DNA of 63,992 nt, filler included, from an uncultured bacterium (GCA_964543115.1; 7 parts of 7 records of this genome joined end to end with filler, not necessarily neighbours in it), one strand, 5' to 3'; positions 31,385 through 42,741 are shown, counted from the first letter of the whole stretch. Numbers and translations: made by a program. The notes: generated from the letters alone by a model not told the origin.

Positions 31385-32338
31385 TTACCTGAATCTGAAC
31401 GTAAACACTATATCCATTGTTTCCTCTTCCATATATTCCATCTCCTCCACCACCTCTTCCGGCAAGGGAGGATAGGGAGCTGTATTATTGATCGTCGCTA
31501 CACAAAAATCGCGGAAAATTTCATCACCATAAAACTCCACCACCTCAATACTCTCTACCTCTCCGCTGGGAAGTATCTTAAAGCCAACCGTAGTCTCACT
31601 CTCCTGCGGTGCCGTATTAGGATATTTAAATAAGAGATAACTTAACCAGTAGGCCTGGATTCTTTTCTTCAACTCTTTAAAATAAGGACCCATCCGGTGA
31701 TAGCTGGTTTCAAAAACCAGCTCACCCTTATATTTGGTACTGAAAATATCTTCACTCACCTCCGGCAGACTGACAATATCGTCACTCTTTTCCCTGGGCG
31801 GCATGGGTGGCTGCAATTGTTCCTGAATCTGTTTAATTGGCTGATCCAGCTTGGTCAGCACCATTTCTGACTCAGGTTCCGGCTTCTCTTCCTGCGGCTC
31901 CGACGGCAGAATCGCATCCTCAACTTCTTCCTTCTTCGGCTCCGTTTGCCTCTCCGGTTGAACATCCCGCTGCTGTTGCGCCGCTTCTTTCACTGCCTGC
32001 TGGGCCTGCTGTACTGCCTGGCTATCCTCAGGTAACTGCCGGCCCTCCTCTATTTCCTGGCCGCGGCTGGCTGAATCTTCCACCTCCAGCTCTTCAGACA
32101 TATCCTTGGCCTTTACCGCTTTATCGGAAATAAGCTTAGAAAGCTGGCTATCAACCTCTTCCGCCGGCGCCTCTGACGGTGTATCCACAAACTGCAGCTG
32201 CAATTCCCGCTGCGGTTCAGGCGGTGTAATGGCCAGCCACTGCTGCAGGTACCCCCGCCCCTCCATCATGCCGATAAAACCGGTATGAACAATAATGGAG
32301 ATACTTAAACATATATATCTTACTTTACTCATAAGCAT
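31385..32338 (-). CDS. tonB: TonB-like energy transducer
   Basis: N-terminal TM with S-x3-H (SIIVH), long P/E/Q-rich linker, C-terminal TonB_C/TolA-like domain; upstream of exbBD. Confidence 0.8.
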   Translation of the reverse strand: MLMSKVRYICLSISIIVHTGFIGMMEGRGYLQQWLAITPPEPQRELQLQFVDTPSEAPAEEVDSQLSKLISDKAVKAKDMSEELEVEDSASRGQEIEEGRQLPEDSQAVQQAQQAVKEAAQQQRDVQPERQTEPKKEEVEDAILPSEPQEEKPEPESEMVLTKLDQPIKQIQEQLQPPMPPREKSDDIVSLPEVSEDIFSTKYKGELVFETSYHRMGPYFKELKKRIQAYWLSYLLFKYPNTAPQESETTVGFKILPSGEVESIEVVEFYGDEIFRDFCVATINNTAPYPPLPEEVVEEMEYMEEETMDIVFTFRFR

Positions 32339-32364
32339 ATAATATCATATCGGGTAATTTGCAA

Positions 32365-33573
32365 TCAAGCAAACCATTCGCTCAAAGGAGTGGCCAGGAA
32401 TTTCTCCAACTCTATACCCTGTGAACCTACCATAATCGCGCCTGTGGTTTTATACATCTTCTTAAAAATTTCCAGGCCGGAATGAACCACTAGATTTTTG
32501 CCGCTTTTTACCTCAACAACTAATAAATTTTTACCTTTAGCAACAACAAAATCCACTTCATAATGCCCTTTTCTCCAGTAATAAACATCAATCCCCTGCT
32601 GTATTCCTTCGTTTACGAGATAAGCGCCAACGGCAGTTTCAACCAGGCGTCCCCAGATATCCGGATTTGAACGCCATTCCTGAAAACTCTTGTTGGCAAT
32701 CGCTGTCATTAACGCCGTATTCAGCGGCAGCCACTTAGGGCTGGAACTCCTTCTCCGCAACACCCGGCCTGACCACTTCGGTAATCCTTTTATTAAAAAG
32801 GCGGACTCCAACAACTTTTGATAATGGGCAAGCGTCGTCGTGTTTCCGGCATCGCTTAACTGGCCGAGCAGTTTTTGATATGACAATATTTGTCCTCCGT
32901 ATTCACAAGCCAGGACAAAGAGCTGGCGTAAAAGGGCGGGTTTTTCAACTCTGTTTAAGAGTAAAATATCCTTGGAGATTGCCGTTTCTATCAGGGAGTC
33001 CCTGATATACATCCCCCACCTTTCTTCATCTCCGATTAAGGTCGCTGCTCCTGGATAACCGCCAAAATAGATAAATTTATCTAATGTCCAGTTAAAGCAG
33101 TCGCGGCACTCTCTCCACGTCCAATGGGTTGATCTGATAACCTCAAAACGGCCGGCGAGGCTTTCAGTTAAACCTTTTTGAATCAACAGGGATGACGAAC
33201 CGAGAAGCACTACCTGCAAATTCCGCCCTTTGCGTGTATCTTCATCCCACAAACGTTTTACCTCAACTGACCAATGCGCAATCTTTTGAATTTCATCCAG
33301 GACCAGAATCGCTTGCGTATTACCCGGCAATTGCATCCGGCCAAGGTTCCATTGCTGCTCAATCCATTCAAGTGGAGGCGGGGCAGGAAGATCAGCGGCA
33401 GCATAGTGATATGGAAGATCAAGGCCAGCCAGTACCTGCTGGATTGCCGTAGTCTTCCCCACCTGCCGCGGACCGATAATAACCTGGATAAACTGCCTTT
33501 CCTCAAGCAAACGCCTGGTAATAATGTCTGTTATATGTCTTTTGAATTCAGGTAGTTGCATAATTAACTCCAA
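32365..33573 (-). CDS. AAA_14-type ATPase with DUF4143-like C-terminal nuclease-fold domain
   Basis: GPRQVGKTT, LVLDEIQK, LLGSS, GGYPG, YYWR...EVDFVV, EVKSG. Confidence 0.9.
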   Translation of the reverse strand: MELIMQLPEFKRHITDIITRRLLEERQFIQVIIGPRQVGKTTAIQQVLAGLDLPYHYAAADLPAPPPLEWIEQQWNLGRMQLPGNTQAILVLDEIQKIAHWSVEVKRLWDEDTRKGRNLQVVLLGSSSLLIQKGLTESLAGRFEVIRSTHWTWRECRDCFNWTLDKFIYFGGYPGAATLIGDEERWGMYIRDSLIETAISKDILLLNRVEKPALLRQLFVLACEYGGQILSYQKLLGQLSDAGNTTTLAHYQKLLESAFLIKGLPKWSGRVLRRRSSSPKWLPLNTALMTAIANKSFQEWRSNPDIWGRLVETAVGAYLVNEGIQQGIDVYYWRKGHYEVDFVVAKGKNLLVVEVKSGKNLVVHSGLEIFKKMYKTTGAIMVGSQGIELEKFLATPLSEWFA

Positions 33574-33593
33574 TTATCTCAATACATTGAGTA

Positions 33594-33622
33594 ATTATAC
33601 ACAAAATTCTGAGTAATGTCAA
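33594..33622 (-). promoter_or_regulatory. Perfect-consensus sigma70 promoter for the AAA_14 gene
   Basis: Minus strand TTGACA (33622-33617), 17 nt, TATAAT (33599-33594). Confidence 0.8.
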
Positions 33623-33721
33623 GGAGAATTGCGGAATACCTTAAAGATAGATGCTAAATGAAAAATCTCCTAACTGAAACATTTCTTCGCGTTTCTCCGC
33701 CCCACTCATTTTCGCGCTCCA

Positions 33722-33750
33722 TTGACAAACGCATTTTTGTGTGTTATATT
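33722..33750 (+). promoter_or_regulatory. sigma70 extended -10 promoter, probably giving a leaderless transcript
   Basis: TTGACA (33722-33727), 17 nt, TG-N-TATATT (33745-33750); GTG start only 5 nt downstream, no SD. Confidence 0.75.
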
Positions 33751-33755
33751 GATAT

Positions 33756-36700
33756 GTGAAAATACTTGCTAAGTTAACTACTTTATTAATAATAGCTTCC
33801 CTGCTCTGTCCCCGCGCCGGATTCTGTCTGGCCCCGCCTTCTCCCTTGCCGGCTGCAAGCAGACCGGCAACTACGAATAGGTACCAGTTACTAATCGAAC
33901 GCTATCTGCGGAATAATCCCAAATTCAGCGATATCCCCCAGGATAAATTCGCCAGTTTCCTGCAGTACGCCGAGACCCTGTTTAAGGACTATCTCACCTA
34001 CAGCCGCTTCCCCTATAACACCCATGCCGCTTTTCAATTTGCGGAAAGCAAACGGGCCTTGATCCACGAGATCAGGCGTCTCTATATCCAATCACTCGGC
34101 CACCTGCCCAAGAAAGAATCGCTCAGCCGCCGGCAGGGAATAGCGCGGTTGGAAGAATTAACCGCCACCCGGCTCCAACAAGATGATTTCAGTGTCATCA
34201 ACCTGATGGGCCGGCCCGGTGTGGGTAAAACAACTATCGCTAATAAGATCAAAAATGGATTTGCCTCTCTGGCCGCGAATCAAATTCTGGTTATTTCTGT
34301 TGACGGTTTTAAAAATAACGATGTTACCCTGGTTAACAAGCTAATCGCTAAACGGGAGCTGTTGAATATTCCCCTGCAGGACCTGGCTGATGAACAATAC
34401 GCGTTTTTCGAACAGGTCAGCCAATCGCTGCGCTTTCCCCTGGTCAGAGATTCGGGAAAAAGCTTCCTGGACTTTTACCTGGTGGCCGAAGAAGACGAAC
34501 AGGAAACCGGAGAAAATATCCGCGGCCTGCGGCGGCGCAAACTCTGGAACCGGGTCGGCTCCGTGCCCGGGCTCCAACGCCTGCTGGAACGGCCGCTGCG
34601 CTTATTAACTCCCCCCGAATATACAGAAATTGAACGCCTGTCGCGGGATATGCGCCTTAATCTCAGCCAGATCGAAAAAAACTCCGGCCTGAGCTTCCTG
34701 GATCTATATGAGGCACTGGACCGGAAAGAATTCCTGGCCGCGGTACGCGAAAAGAAACGGCACGAAGGTGAAATAAAGTTATTCATCGTGGAAGGAACTT
34801 ATTCATACCAGGGAGAAAAGATATTTTCACCCGCCACTGAACGCCTGCTGCAGGGTAACGAAAACCGCCTGTTGCGGGTAATGATTGAGCTGGAAGAACC
34901 CATCCGGCAGGAACGTATTCGCGACCGCGGCCGCAGTGACGTGGATGAGATGCTTATCCTCCAGCCCGTATTTGACGCCATTTTCAGCGCCTCACTTGAT
35001 CTGGAACGAAACCCCGCCGATATAATAATTGATAATACAGAAACAACCGATATCTTCCAGACCAGAGAAACCCCATCCGGTGTCAAGGCCCAGTTCGGTA
35101 TTGTCACGGAAACGGCACGCACCACCCTGACCCGGGAAATGCAGGAAGGGGAAACGCCGCCGGATATCTTCTTTCTCCCCACAGAACTATTTCGCGGCGG
35201 CACCAGCTATGCTGACCTGGAATTCCTCATCTACTACAACTACTTCTTTAGAGGGCAAAAGAAGGTTTCCGTAGTGGGAACCGAGGGGCAGAAAAGGCGA
35301 ATTATGGAATTTATGCGGCAGTCCCTCTTTGGCCCTGATCTGGACAAGCTGGAGGAAATCTCTCCCGAGCTGAAAAGTTTCCTAAAATACTCTTATGAAC
35401 ATTTCGCGGTTAGAGACCAGGCCAGCGGTACGATCCTGCCGCTGGAGGCATACATTGATTTTCATATCGTAAATATCGGGGAACAAACAGAGATAGAGGT
35501 TCAAAAGGAAGATAAAACAATTAACGTAACCGTCGGGCATATCCAGGCCGACCTGTTCAGCATCCAGGAGGAAGGCGGCGAGCAGGAAACAGTGGAAGTT
35601 GATTACCGGGAACAGCCGGTTACCAACCACCACCTCTCAGCGGAACAACAACGCAGCCTGCAGAATGCCGCCCTGAACACAATGGCCGTAACCCCCATGG
35701 GCTCGGAAGACGGATTCACACCGCAGGGAGATTACACTAATTTCATTATCTGGCTTAACGGCAAAGGGATCCACGTTGATCCATCGCCGCGCTCACTGAT
35801 CTATCTGGAGCGGGCCGGTATCGATCCTGATGATATTCCTTATGTGCTGCTCACCCACAACCACGCCGATCATGACAGCGGTCTGATCCGCAGGATGCTC
35901 TTGAAAAAACGCATCAAGCTGCTCACCACCAGGCCGATTTACGAAAGTTTTGTTAGTAAGGCCCACGCCCTGCTGGGAGAAGATTTTTGCGTAAGCGATT
36001 GGGTGGACTGGGTTGAACTCGATGACCAGGAAACAAATGAGATTGAACTTCCCGGCGGGGACAAGGCCTGTCTGGATATCCGCTATAATTTTCATTCTAT
36101 TCCCACAATCGGTTTTGTGCTTAGTTACCAGGATAAACGTTTCGGCTATTCCGGCGATACACTTTATGATCCGGAATTAATCAGGGATTTAGCCGCCCAA
36201 GGAAAGATCTCAGCGGAACAGGCGGAAAAACTGTTATACTTTTTCTGGGACGAGAAAGGGGAGCCAACCGTGGACCTGCTTTTTCATGAAGCCGGCGTAG
36301 CGCCCCTGCACACCCTGCTTGACACCCTTTGTGAGCTGCCGGAAAAAATTTATGACCGTCTCCGACTAGTGCATATTGACCCAGCCCGGCGGCAGGAAGA
36401 AACACGACGGCAGTTCCAGCAGCCGGAATTGTTTGCCACTAATGTGTTGATCCCGGCGGACAGTAAACGAAAAAAACAGATCCTCAGGAAAACCTTAGAA
36501 GACGTTTATCTCTTGACCCACCTGGACACGGAAACAAAGATAAAAATCCTGGAAAAAGGAATCGTCAGAACATTCAACCCCGGAGACCCGGTCATCTTTG
36601 AGGGTGACCGCGCGGACACCTTCTATATTATCCTCTCCGGCCGCGCCGAAGTGGTTAAGGGCGGAGAACGGGTAACTGACGCCCGCGGCCGCCAGTGGTT

Positions 36701-39700
36701 ACTGGGCGAAAAACCTGTCTGGACCTTCTACCCCAAGGATTCTTTCGGCGAGGTGGCCCTGGTAGACGACAGCCCCCGCACCGCTACGGTCCGGGCGGCC
36801 AGCGGACTAACCGTACTGGAAATCCACAAAGACGATTTCCTCAACCTGATTTACGCGCCGCTTAAAGATGAAGACTCTCCCCAATTAAGACAAATCAAAT
36901 ACTGCCTGGAAGAATGGATCCAGCGTTACTCAGAAGGCCTGATTGACAGTATCTCAGACTTTCACCTTACCCAGATCGCCCGCCAGCTACAGATCAGGCA
37001 ATATTCCCCGGGCGAAAGAATTATCAAACAAGGAGATGAAGCGGATAAGGCCTACATCATCCTGGACGGTAAAATAGGCATCTATAAGAATCAAGAACGG
37101 CTGCCGGTGACCGACCGGGAACACGGCGATATTATCGGCGAAATGGCCCTGCTGGAAATGATCAGAAGCGGAGGAGAGCCGGTACTGCGCAACGCTGATT
37201 GCGTTGCCGAAAATGACGTGCAGGTACTGCAAATTGACCGGGAACTGTTTGAACAAATCCTCCATATCTATCCCGGCCTGGACCGCGGCCTGCGTTACGA
37301 ATACCGCCTGCGGCTCCTGGCTCACGGGGCGGAATATCCGGCACCACACAAGTATATGGTCAGCCGGCCGCAGCGGGTCCCCCAACGAATATCGGAAGTG
37401 GAACGGGAAGAGATATTGGAAGAAGTAGAGGCAAGCACTGAAAGCCTTAATCAGCTCACTGATCTGGAAAAAATTCTCTACTTTCTCAATAATATCTTTA
37501 CCGACTCGGAATTCTCTTCCCCGGAAATTTTTTCCGGCGAATTTTATCACCCGGAAGACTACCGGGAAAAACTCATCCTGCTGACTAAACGCCTCAGTGC
37601 CGTCTTTCCGGCTTTTCAGATCCAGCGATTCTATCACAAGTTTATCGAAGTGAGCGTTTACGATCCCGGCACCAGCACAAAAACAATCTACCGCTTGGCC
37701 AGAAACAGACAAAGAAACAAATACCGCTGGGCGAAAGAAAGCGAAGTTGCCGTAATCACCGGCCTGACCAACAGTCCGGTAAACAGCCTGCTTATTAACC
37801 TGGAAAGCGAACGCTACCGGGGAGTAAAAGGCACGCCGGAAAACACCAAGGCCCTGCAGGCCTATCTGGAAATGTATAATGAAAACTGTAACCTCAACGT
37901 GATTGACTGCCAATGGCCGGAAAACAGCGTTGATTTTATTATTGAACGCATCAAATCTGAGAAACCGGAAATGATCTGCGTTTCCTCCACCTTTGGCTGC
38001 CTGCCGGAACTGGAGCGCCTGCTGCAGGCAGTGCGCAAATTGCCGCTGCCGCCGCTGGTGGTTGTCGGCGGATTAACCGCTACCTGGTCCCATGAATACC
38101 TGCTGGAAAATTACCCGGACATAATCTGTGTCCGCTGGGAAGGAGAAGAGGCCCTGAGCCAGCTGGTAGACCTGGTCTATGAGCAGGGCCTGCTTGACGG
38201 AAAAATTCCCGCTGAAGAATTATTGGCGGCCATACCCAATCTTGTCTATCTGTCCGCCGGGAAAATAAGGAAGAATGAAGTAAAAAAAGTGGACCTGCGC
38301 CGCGCTCCCCATCCTTCCCGCAGGACCCAACTGGAAAGGATGAAGTACGCCGGATTCCTGCTTAACTCCGAAGGCAGCCGCCGCGGCTGTGAATACGGAA
38401 AATGCACCTTCTGCACCCGTACCCACGGCCAGGCCCGTCCGCTGCGCCTGACCCGGGTAACCGGAGATTTTGAAGAGTACCTGCGCAGCGGCGCCAGCTT
38501 TATCGTCTATGCCGATGAAGACTTTATTCCCAATGACCCGGCCGGGCTGGATGATTTTATTGACCGCCTTGAACAAATAAAAGAAACCTACCGCAACGAA
38601 TATTTCCTGGAATACGGCATGGAACCGGAAGGCATATCTTTTTATATTGCCACCCGTGCCCGCTGTATCTGGCGGGAAGGAGACGAAGACGGTAACGAGG
38701 TCCGGGTGCGCATGCTCGAACGGCTGAAAAAGATCGGTCTGGTAAAAATATTCCTGGGAGTGGAAAGCGGTTCACCGGTCCAGTTAAAAAAGACATATAA
38801 TAAGGAAGCAAACTTGACAGAGATAGAACAGGCAATTAATATTATTCGTGCCTTGGGCCTCCAGGTTGTGGCCGGCTATATCCCTTTCGATCCGGTAGTC
38901 ACCCTGGGACAATTACAAGAAAATTGCCAATTCGCCCATGCACAAAATCTCGTCCGGGTAGACGCGTTAACCGAGCCGATTAATCCCTTTAAACAATTCC
39001 GCGCCCAGGCCGGTTCAGTCCTGGCCGGCAGGCTGCGCGCCCTGGGCTTAATTGCCAGCGACCATAATCCGAATACCTTGATGTACGACCTTGTTTTTCG
39101 TTCCCAACCAATAAGAATGATCATGGATATCGGCGGAGAGTGGGACAATATGATCTCCCTCTTGGAATATTCCCTTAAGGGAGTAATCTGGCACGCTGAA
39201 CAATCGCCTGAGGAAATGGAACGCGCGGAACTGTTTATTGAATTATTCAATTGGCTGCGGGAGGAAGGTTACTGCCTGCTGGAAGAACTGTGCGCCGCCC
39301 TGGTGCCGGAGGCCCAGGACTGCCGGGCGAAAATAGATATTTACTTTGACCAGCTCTCCGGCCTGGGCAGGGATAAAATTCTCTTTGAGGTAAAACGTTC
39401 CCTGTTCCCCCATCTGGATATATATAAGGAAATAGAAAAATACATTACTGATAACAGATTAGAAGAAAATGAAACTATCGAGTTCCTTAAATCATTCTTT
39501 AACGGCGACTATCCGGAAGAATGGAACTTTAATGGCACACCGCTGGAGGTATACCGGAATTGGACAAACGACATGGCCCAAAGCCTTTCCTTCCAGGTAA
39601 TGACCACGGCAGAAATGGCCGCAGCCAGAAACAAACTGCAAGGCATATTTAAACGGGCCCTGGCAAAACGACTGCGCAAATTAAAGCACTTTCAGGATAC

Positions 39701-40077
39701 CCGCTGGGAATCTTATTATTCACTCAGTCCGGATTCCCTCAAACGCGGCATTGAATTTAACCGGCTGCTGGAAGACACAATCCGCGAGCATGAGGAAACA
39801 ACCGTTGTACCGGAGGCCAAACCCGCCGCTTTCCGCGTCTATCACCGAGTGAGCCTAAAACACTACTTCCGCTACCGGCATCCGGACCTGGCCGAGCCGC
39901 TGGCCGTATTAATAAAACTGGCGGATTTTTTAAAAGAACACCGGCAAACCGCGGACCTGGATAAGATATTCTTATATCCGGACGGCACACTGAAATGTGA
40001 CAAGCTAACACCAGCTGGTAACCGGGAAATGAACGCGCTGCTTTATCAGGGCCTGCGTCAGCTTTATCTCTCTGCCT
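33756..40077 (+). CDS. Giant exported multi-enzyme protein fragment: signal peptide, P-loop kinase, metallo-beta-lactamase-fold hydrolase, two cNMP-binding domains, B12-binding plus radical SAM; 3'-truncated
   Basis: GRPGVGKTT (34209-34232) with ISVDGF and IVEG; THNHADH (35853-35873), HSIPT, YSGDT; FGEVAL..PRTATV and IGEMALL..RN; VVGGLTAT..VRWEGE; CEYGKCTFC (38388-38414), LGVESGS. Confidence 0.9.
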
Positions 40078-40177
40078 NNNNNNNNNNNNNNNNNNNNNNN
40101 NNNNNNNNNNNNNNNNNNNNNTTAATTAATTAANNNNNNNNNNNNNNNNNNNNNNNNNNNNNNNNNNNNNNNNNNNN
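40078..40177. other. Artificial contig linker
   Basis: N44-TTAATTAATTAA-N44. Confidence 0.99.
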
Positions 40178-40178
40178 C

Positions 40179-40826
40179 GAAAATAAAGTCTATGAATTGA
40201 GCTACAAAAACAGAAAAGTAACATTCATTCGTTCAGGAATCGGCGCTCCCCAAATAGGCGATGTGATGCTGTCATTAGGCTGCACAGAATGCCGGCGGGT
40301 AATATTGACGGGGTCATGCGGTGCTTTGAAAAGCAATATGATGATAGGTGATCTGTTGATTCCTATAAAAGCTTTTTCCGGGGAAGGATTTAGTCGCTAT
40401 CTTGACACTGCTCTTAAACCGCGAGATTGTTTTTTTCGCGGTTTCGTTTCAGATGAAAATATGTCGCAAGATATTAATAGGGTAGCAGAATCACTTTGCG
40501 CAGAACGGTGCAATCTTCATGTTGGCAATGTATTTACGACCGATTCAATACTGGCTCAATTTATGAGATTGGATTATATCGTAAACAAATTGAATTGTAT
40601 TGGGATCGAAATGGAGATGTCTGCTGCCATCTCCGCTGCCAATAGCGTAGGGATTAACGTATCTGCTCTCCTCCAAGTGTCGGATGTAATACCGAATAAT
40701 AAATCACTGCTTAATGAAAGGCCAAAAGATGAACTAAAACAAAGAAAGTGGCTAAAAGAACATCTCCTTGGGAAAATAATATTGGATAGCATGATAGGTG
40801 AAATAAAAACACCTCAACAGGAATAG
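40179..40826 (+). CDS. Nucleoside phosphorylase family (PNP/UDP type), 5'-truncated
   Basis: SGIGAP, ILTGSCGAL, GNVFTTDS, GIEMEMSA, VSD; frame open from the contig start. Confidence 0.85.
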   Translation, partial: ENKVYELSYKNRKVTFIRSGIGAPQIGDVMLSLGCTECRRVILTGSCGALKSNMMIGDLLIPIKAFSGEGFSRYLDTALKPRDCFFRGFVSDENMSQDINRVAESLCAERCNLHVGNVFTTDSILAQFMRLDYIVNKLNCIGIEMEMSAAISAANSVGINVSALLQVSDVIPNNKSLLNERPKDELKQRKWLKEHLLGKIILDSMIGEIKTPQQE

Positions 40827-40914
40827 GGGCTAGGGACAGGGGGACACAATAGCCATTTCCTTATTCTTCAACTAAACCTGTCAATAAATTAGTATTTGCC
40901 GCTCTATTTGTATA

Positions 40915-41208
40915 TTAATTGATACAGGCGCGATTCCACAGCCACACTGTGCTTGCCAGACAGGGAATAAGCATGAACCACGTTCCAAATAGTGCAATCG
41001 GAAACCCGGCTAGCGGGGCGGGCAGGCAGGCACCTAATACCATCGTGATAACCAATACACCAAAAGGTGACAATACCACAAACCAGCGTGGATACATTGT
41101 CCGTCCACTTAAGATCCCCACAGCATGCCAGATTGCCCCCAGATTGAAGGCCAATATCGCTGTCAGATCCCCCATCACAAAGTGCTCGATCAGAAAGCGG
41201 TTGGCCAT
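40915..41208 (-). pseudogene. C-terminal fragment of a polytopic membrane protein
   Basis: Three hydrophobic segments with GRTMYPRWF..SP; no credible start or RBS, begins abruptly next to another fragment. Confidence 0.45.
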
Positions 41209-41210
41209 TG

Positions 41211-41613
41211 TATAAAAGACTACGTCCGCGATTGGAATAATCGAATTAGATTATGACTGGATATACACTTACCCGCAAAACCCGATTATCGAAAAGGTTT
41301 TCAGTGTTCACCGGCGTGAATTTGAACTGCATGGCGCGGATTGCTCAATGGAAAAAAACTCCCCTTCAAACTACAACAGGCGGGTTTCCAGGATATCTTA
41401 TTTGAGCTAAAAGCCTGGTGGTCCTCCTTTGAGCTCACAAAAGAACAGTTCTTCAATTTGTTTAGTGGCTATGGCGCATTTTCCCTGAAGGTTGCACCTG
41501 ACGTTTTTACAACCGAGGACTATAATAATCTGCTAGATTTCCTCAAAGAAGTAAATTCGTCAAAAACCCATACGGTAGTTTACCCAAAAGTAGTTGTAAG
41601 CGGGATCAAGTAG
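41211..41613 (+). pseudogene. Frameshifted remnant of a class I SAM-dependent methyltransferase (C-terminal half)
   Basis: Three frames join to give YKRLRP / IGIIELDYDWIYTYPQNP...HGADC / LNGKKLPFKLQQAGFQDI...PKVVVSGIK; shifts near 41229 and 41342. Confidence 0.55.
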
Positions 41614-41697
41614 AACAAGAGAGAGATGGGACACTCTTATTTATTTAAAAAATAACGAGAGAGCAATCTAAAAAGGCACTACCAATGATTGTTTTAT

Positions 41698-42408
41698 TTA
41701 AAAGCGATAACGCAATCCCAGCTCCACAAAACTCGCCTGGGTACCCTTCACATCAACTTCTGTTGCATTACCTTCACTGTTAGTATGATTTCTCTCGTTA
41801 GTTCCATAAAATTTATACATCAAATCTAACGCCCATGAAGGGTGAAAAGCCCAGGAAACACCAGCTAGCAGTTGATAAGCAAAAACAGTATCAGAATCCT
41901 CAGTCCGCACTTTGGCTCCATGGAACGGTCCAATAAATTCTGTATCCAATTCAGCATGAGCAAAACCAATACCTCCTCCAACAAATGGAGTAAAGTCGGT
42001 AGAGTTTATTATGTCAATATAAGCATTTAACATTCCAGTTATATGAGTATCTCTTCCGGAAATATCAACCTCATTACCTGTATTTTTGTTTTCCAATTTA
42101 TCTAATCCCATATGAACATAACCTAATTCGCCTTCTAACCTGAACCAATCACAAAGGTAGCGCCCATAAGCCAGGTTCAACATATATTCAGACTTAAATT
42201 TCTGATCACTCTCATATATTCCGGCAACACGATTTACCTTATTAGCCCAACCGGGACCACCACGAAAAGTAATATAGTTTAACGGTAACTCTTTTTTCGT
42301 TGTTGTTGTAACAGTTGTCGTTTCTACCACCTCTTCTGCAGCAATAGCGGCATTAGCGCAAAAAAACATAACAACAGTCAAAACCACATAAAATGTTATT
42401 TTATGCAT
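41698..42408 (-). CDS. Outer membrane beta-barrel (OmpA-like transmembrane domain / porin family)
   Basis: ATG 42408 after AAAGGAGG; signal peptide; RLEGELGY, MLNAYID, PFVGGGIG, FAYQLLAGV; terminal LGLRYRF. Confidence 0.9.
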   Translation of the reverse strand: MHKITFYVVLTVVMFFCANAAIAAEEVVETTTVTTTTKKELPLNYITFRGGPGWANKVNRVAGIYESDQKFKSEYMLNLAYGRYLCDWFRLEGELGYVHMGLDKLENKNTGNEVDISGRDTHITGMLNAYIDIINSTDFTPFVGGGIGFAHAELDTEFIGPFHGAKVRTEDSDTVFAYQLLAGVSWAFHPSWALDLMYKFYGTNERNHTNSEGNATEVDVKGTQASFVELGLRYRF

Positions 42409-42632
42409 TTCCCCTCCTTTTGTAATTGTCAACAATATTAAACTAACATCCTAACAGCGTGAGCATTATAACATAATTAACACAAAATTAAAGTTAAAAC
42501 TTGATTGACCAGAAAAGCATCTGTACTAGCGGCACGAATACTAAACACCGGTGCCACTGAGGAGATTTGACCCCGTCCATCTATAACGTAGGAATAAATG
42601 GAATCTCTCTGCAGCACCTCAAGTGTCAAGGG

Positions 42633-42664
42633 AAACTTTTTATAATCATGATTATAAAAAGTTT
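42633..42664. repeat. Perfect spacerless 32-bp palindrome
   Basis: AAACTTTTTATAATCA|TGATTATAAAAAGTTT. Confidence 0.9.
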
Positions 42665-42741
42665 AAGATATACTGGGCTGGTCTGTCTGGGCCCGTTGAA
42701 GCCGAGCCGGCGGTGACTGATGATGAGTGTCCCTATTCTAA

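Noticed and set aside
42550..42618. tRNA or tmRNA 3'-end-like sequence on the minus strand (GGACGGGGTCAAATCTCC...GGCACC)
   Set aside because: No proper T-arm (GTTCRA), no D or anticodon arms, no CCA; only an imperfect hairpin
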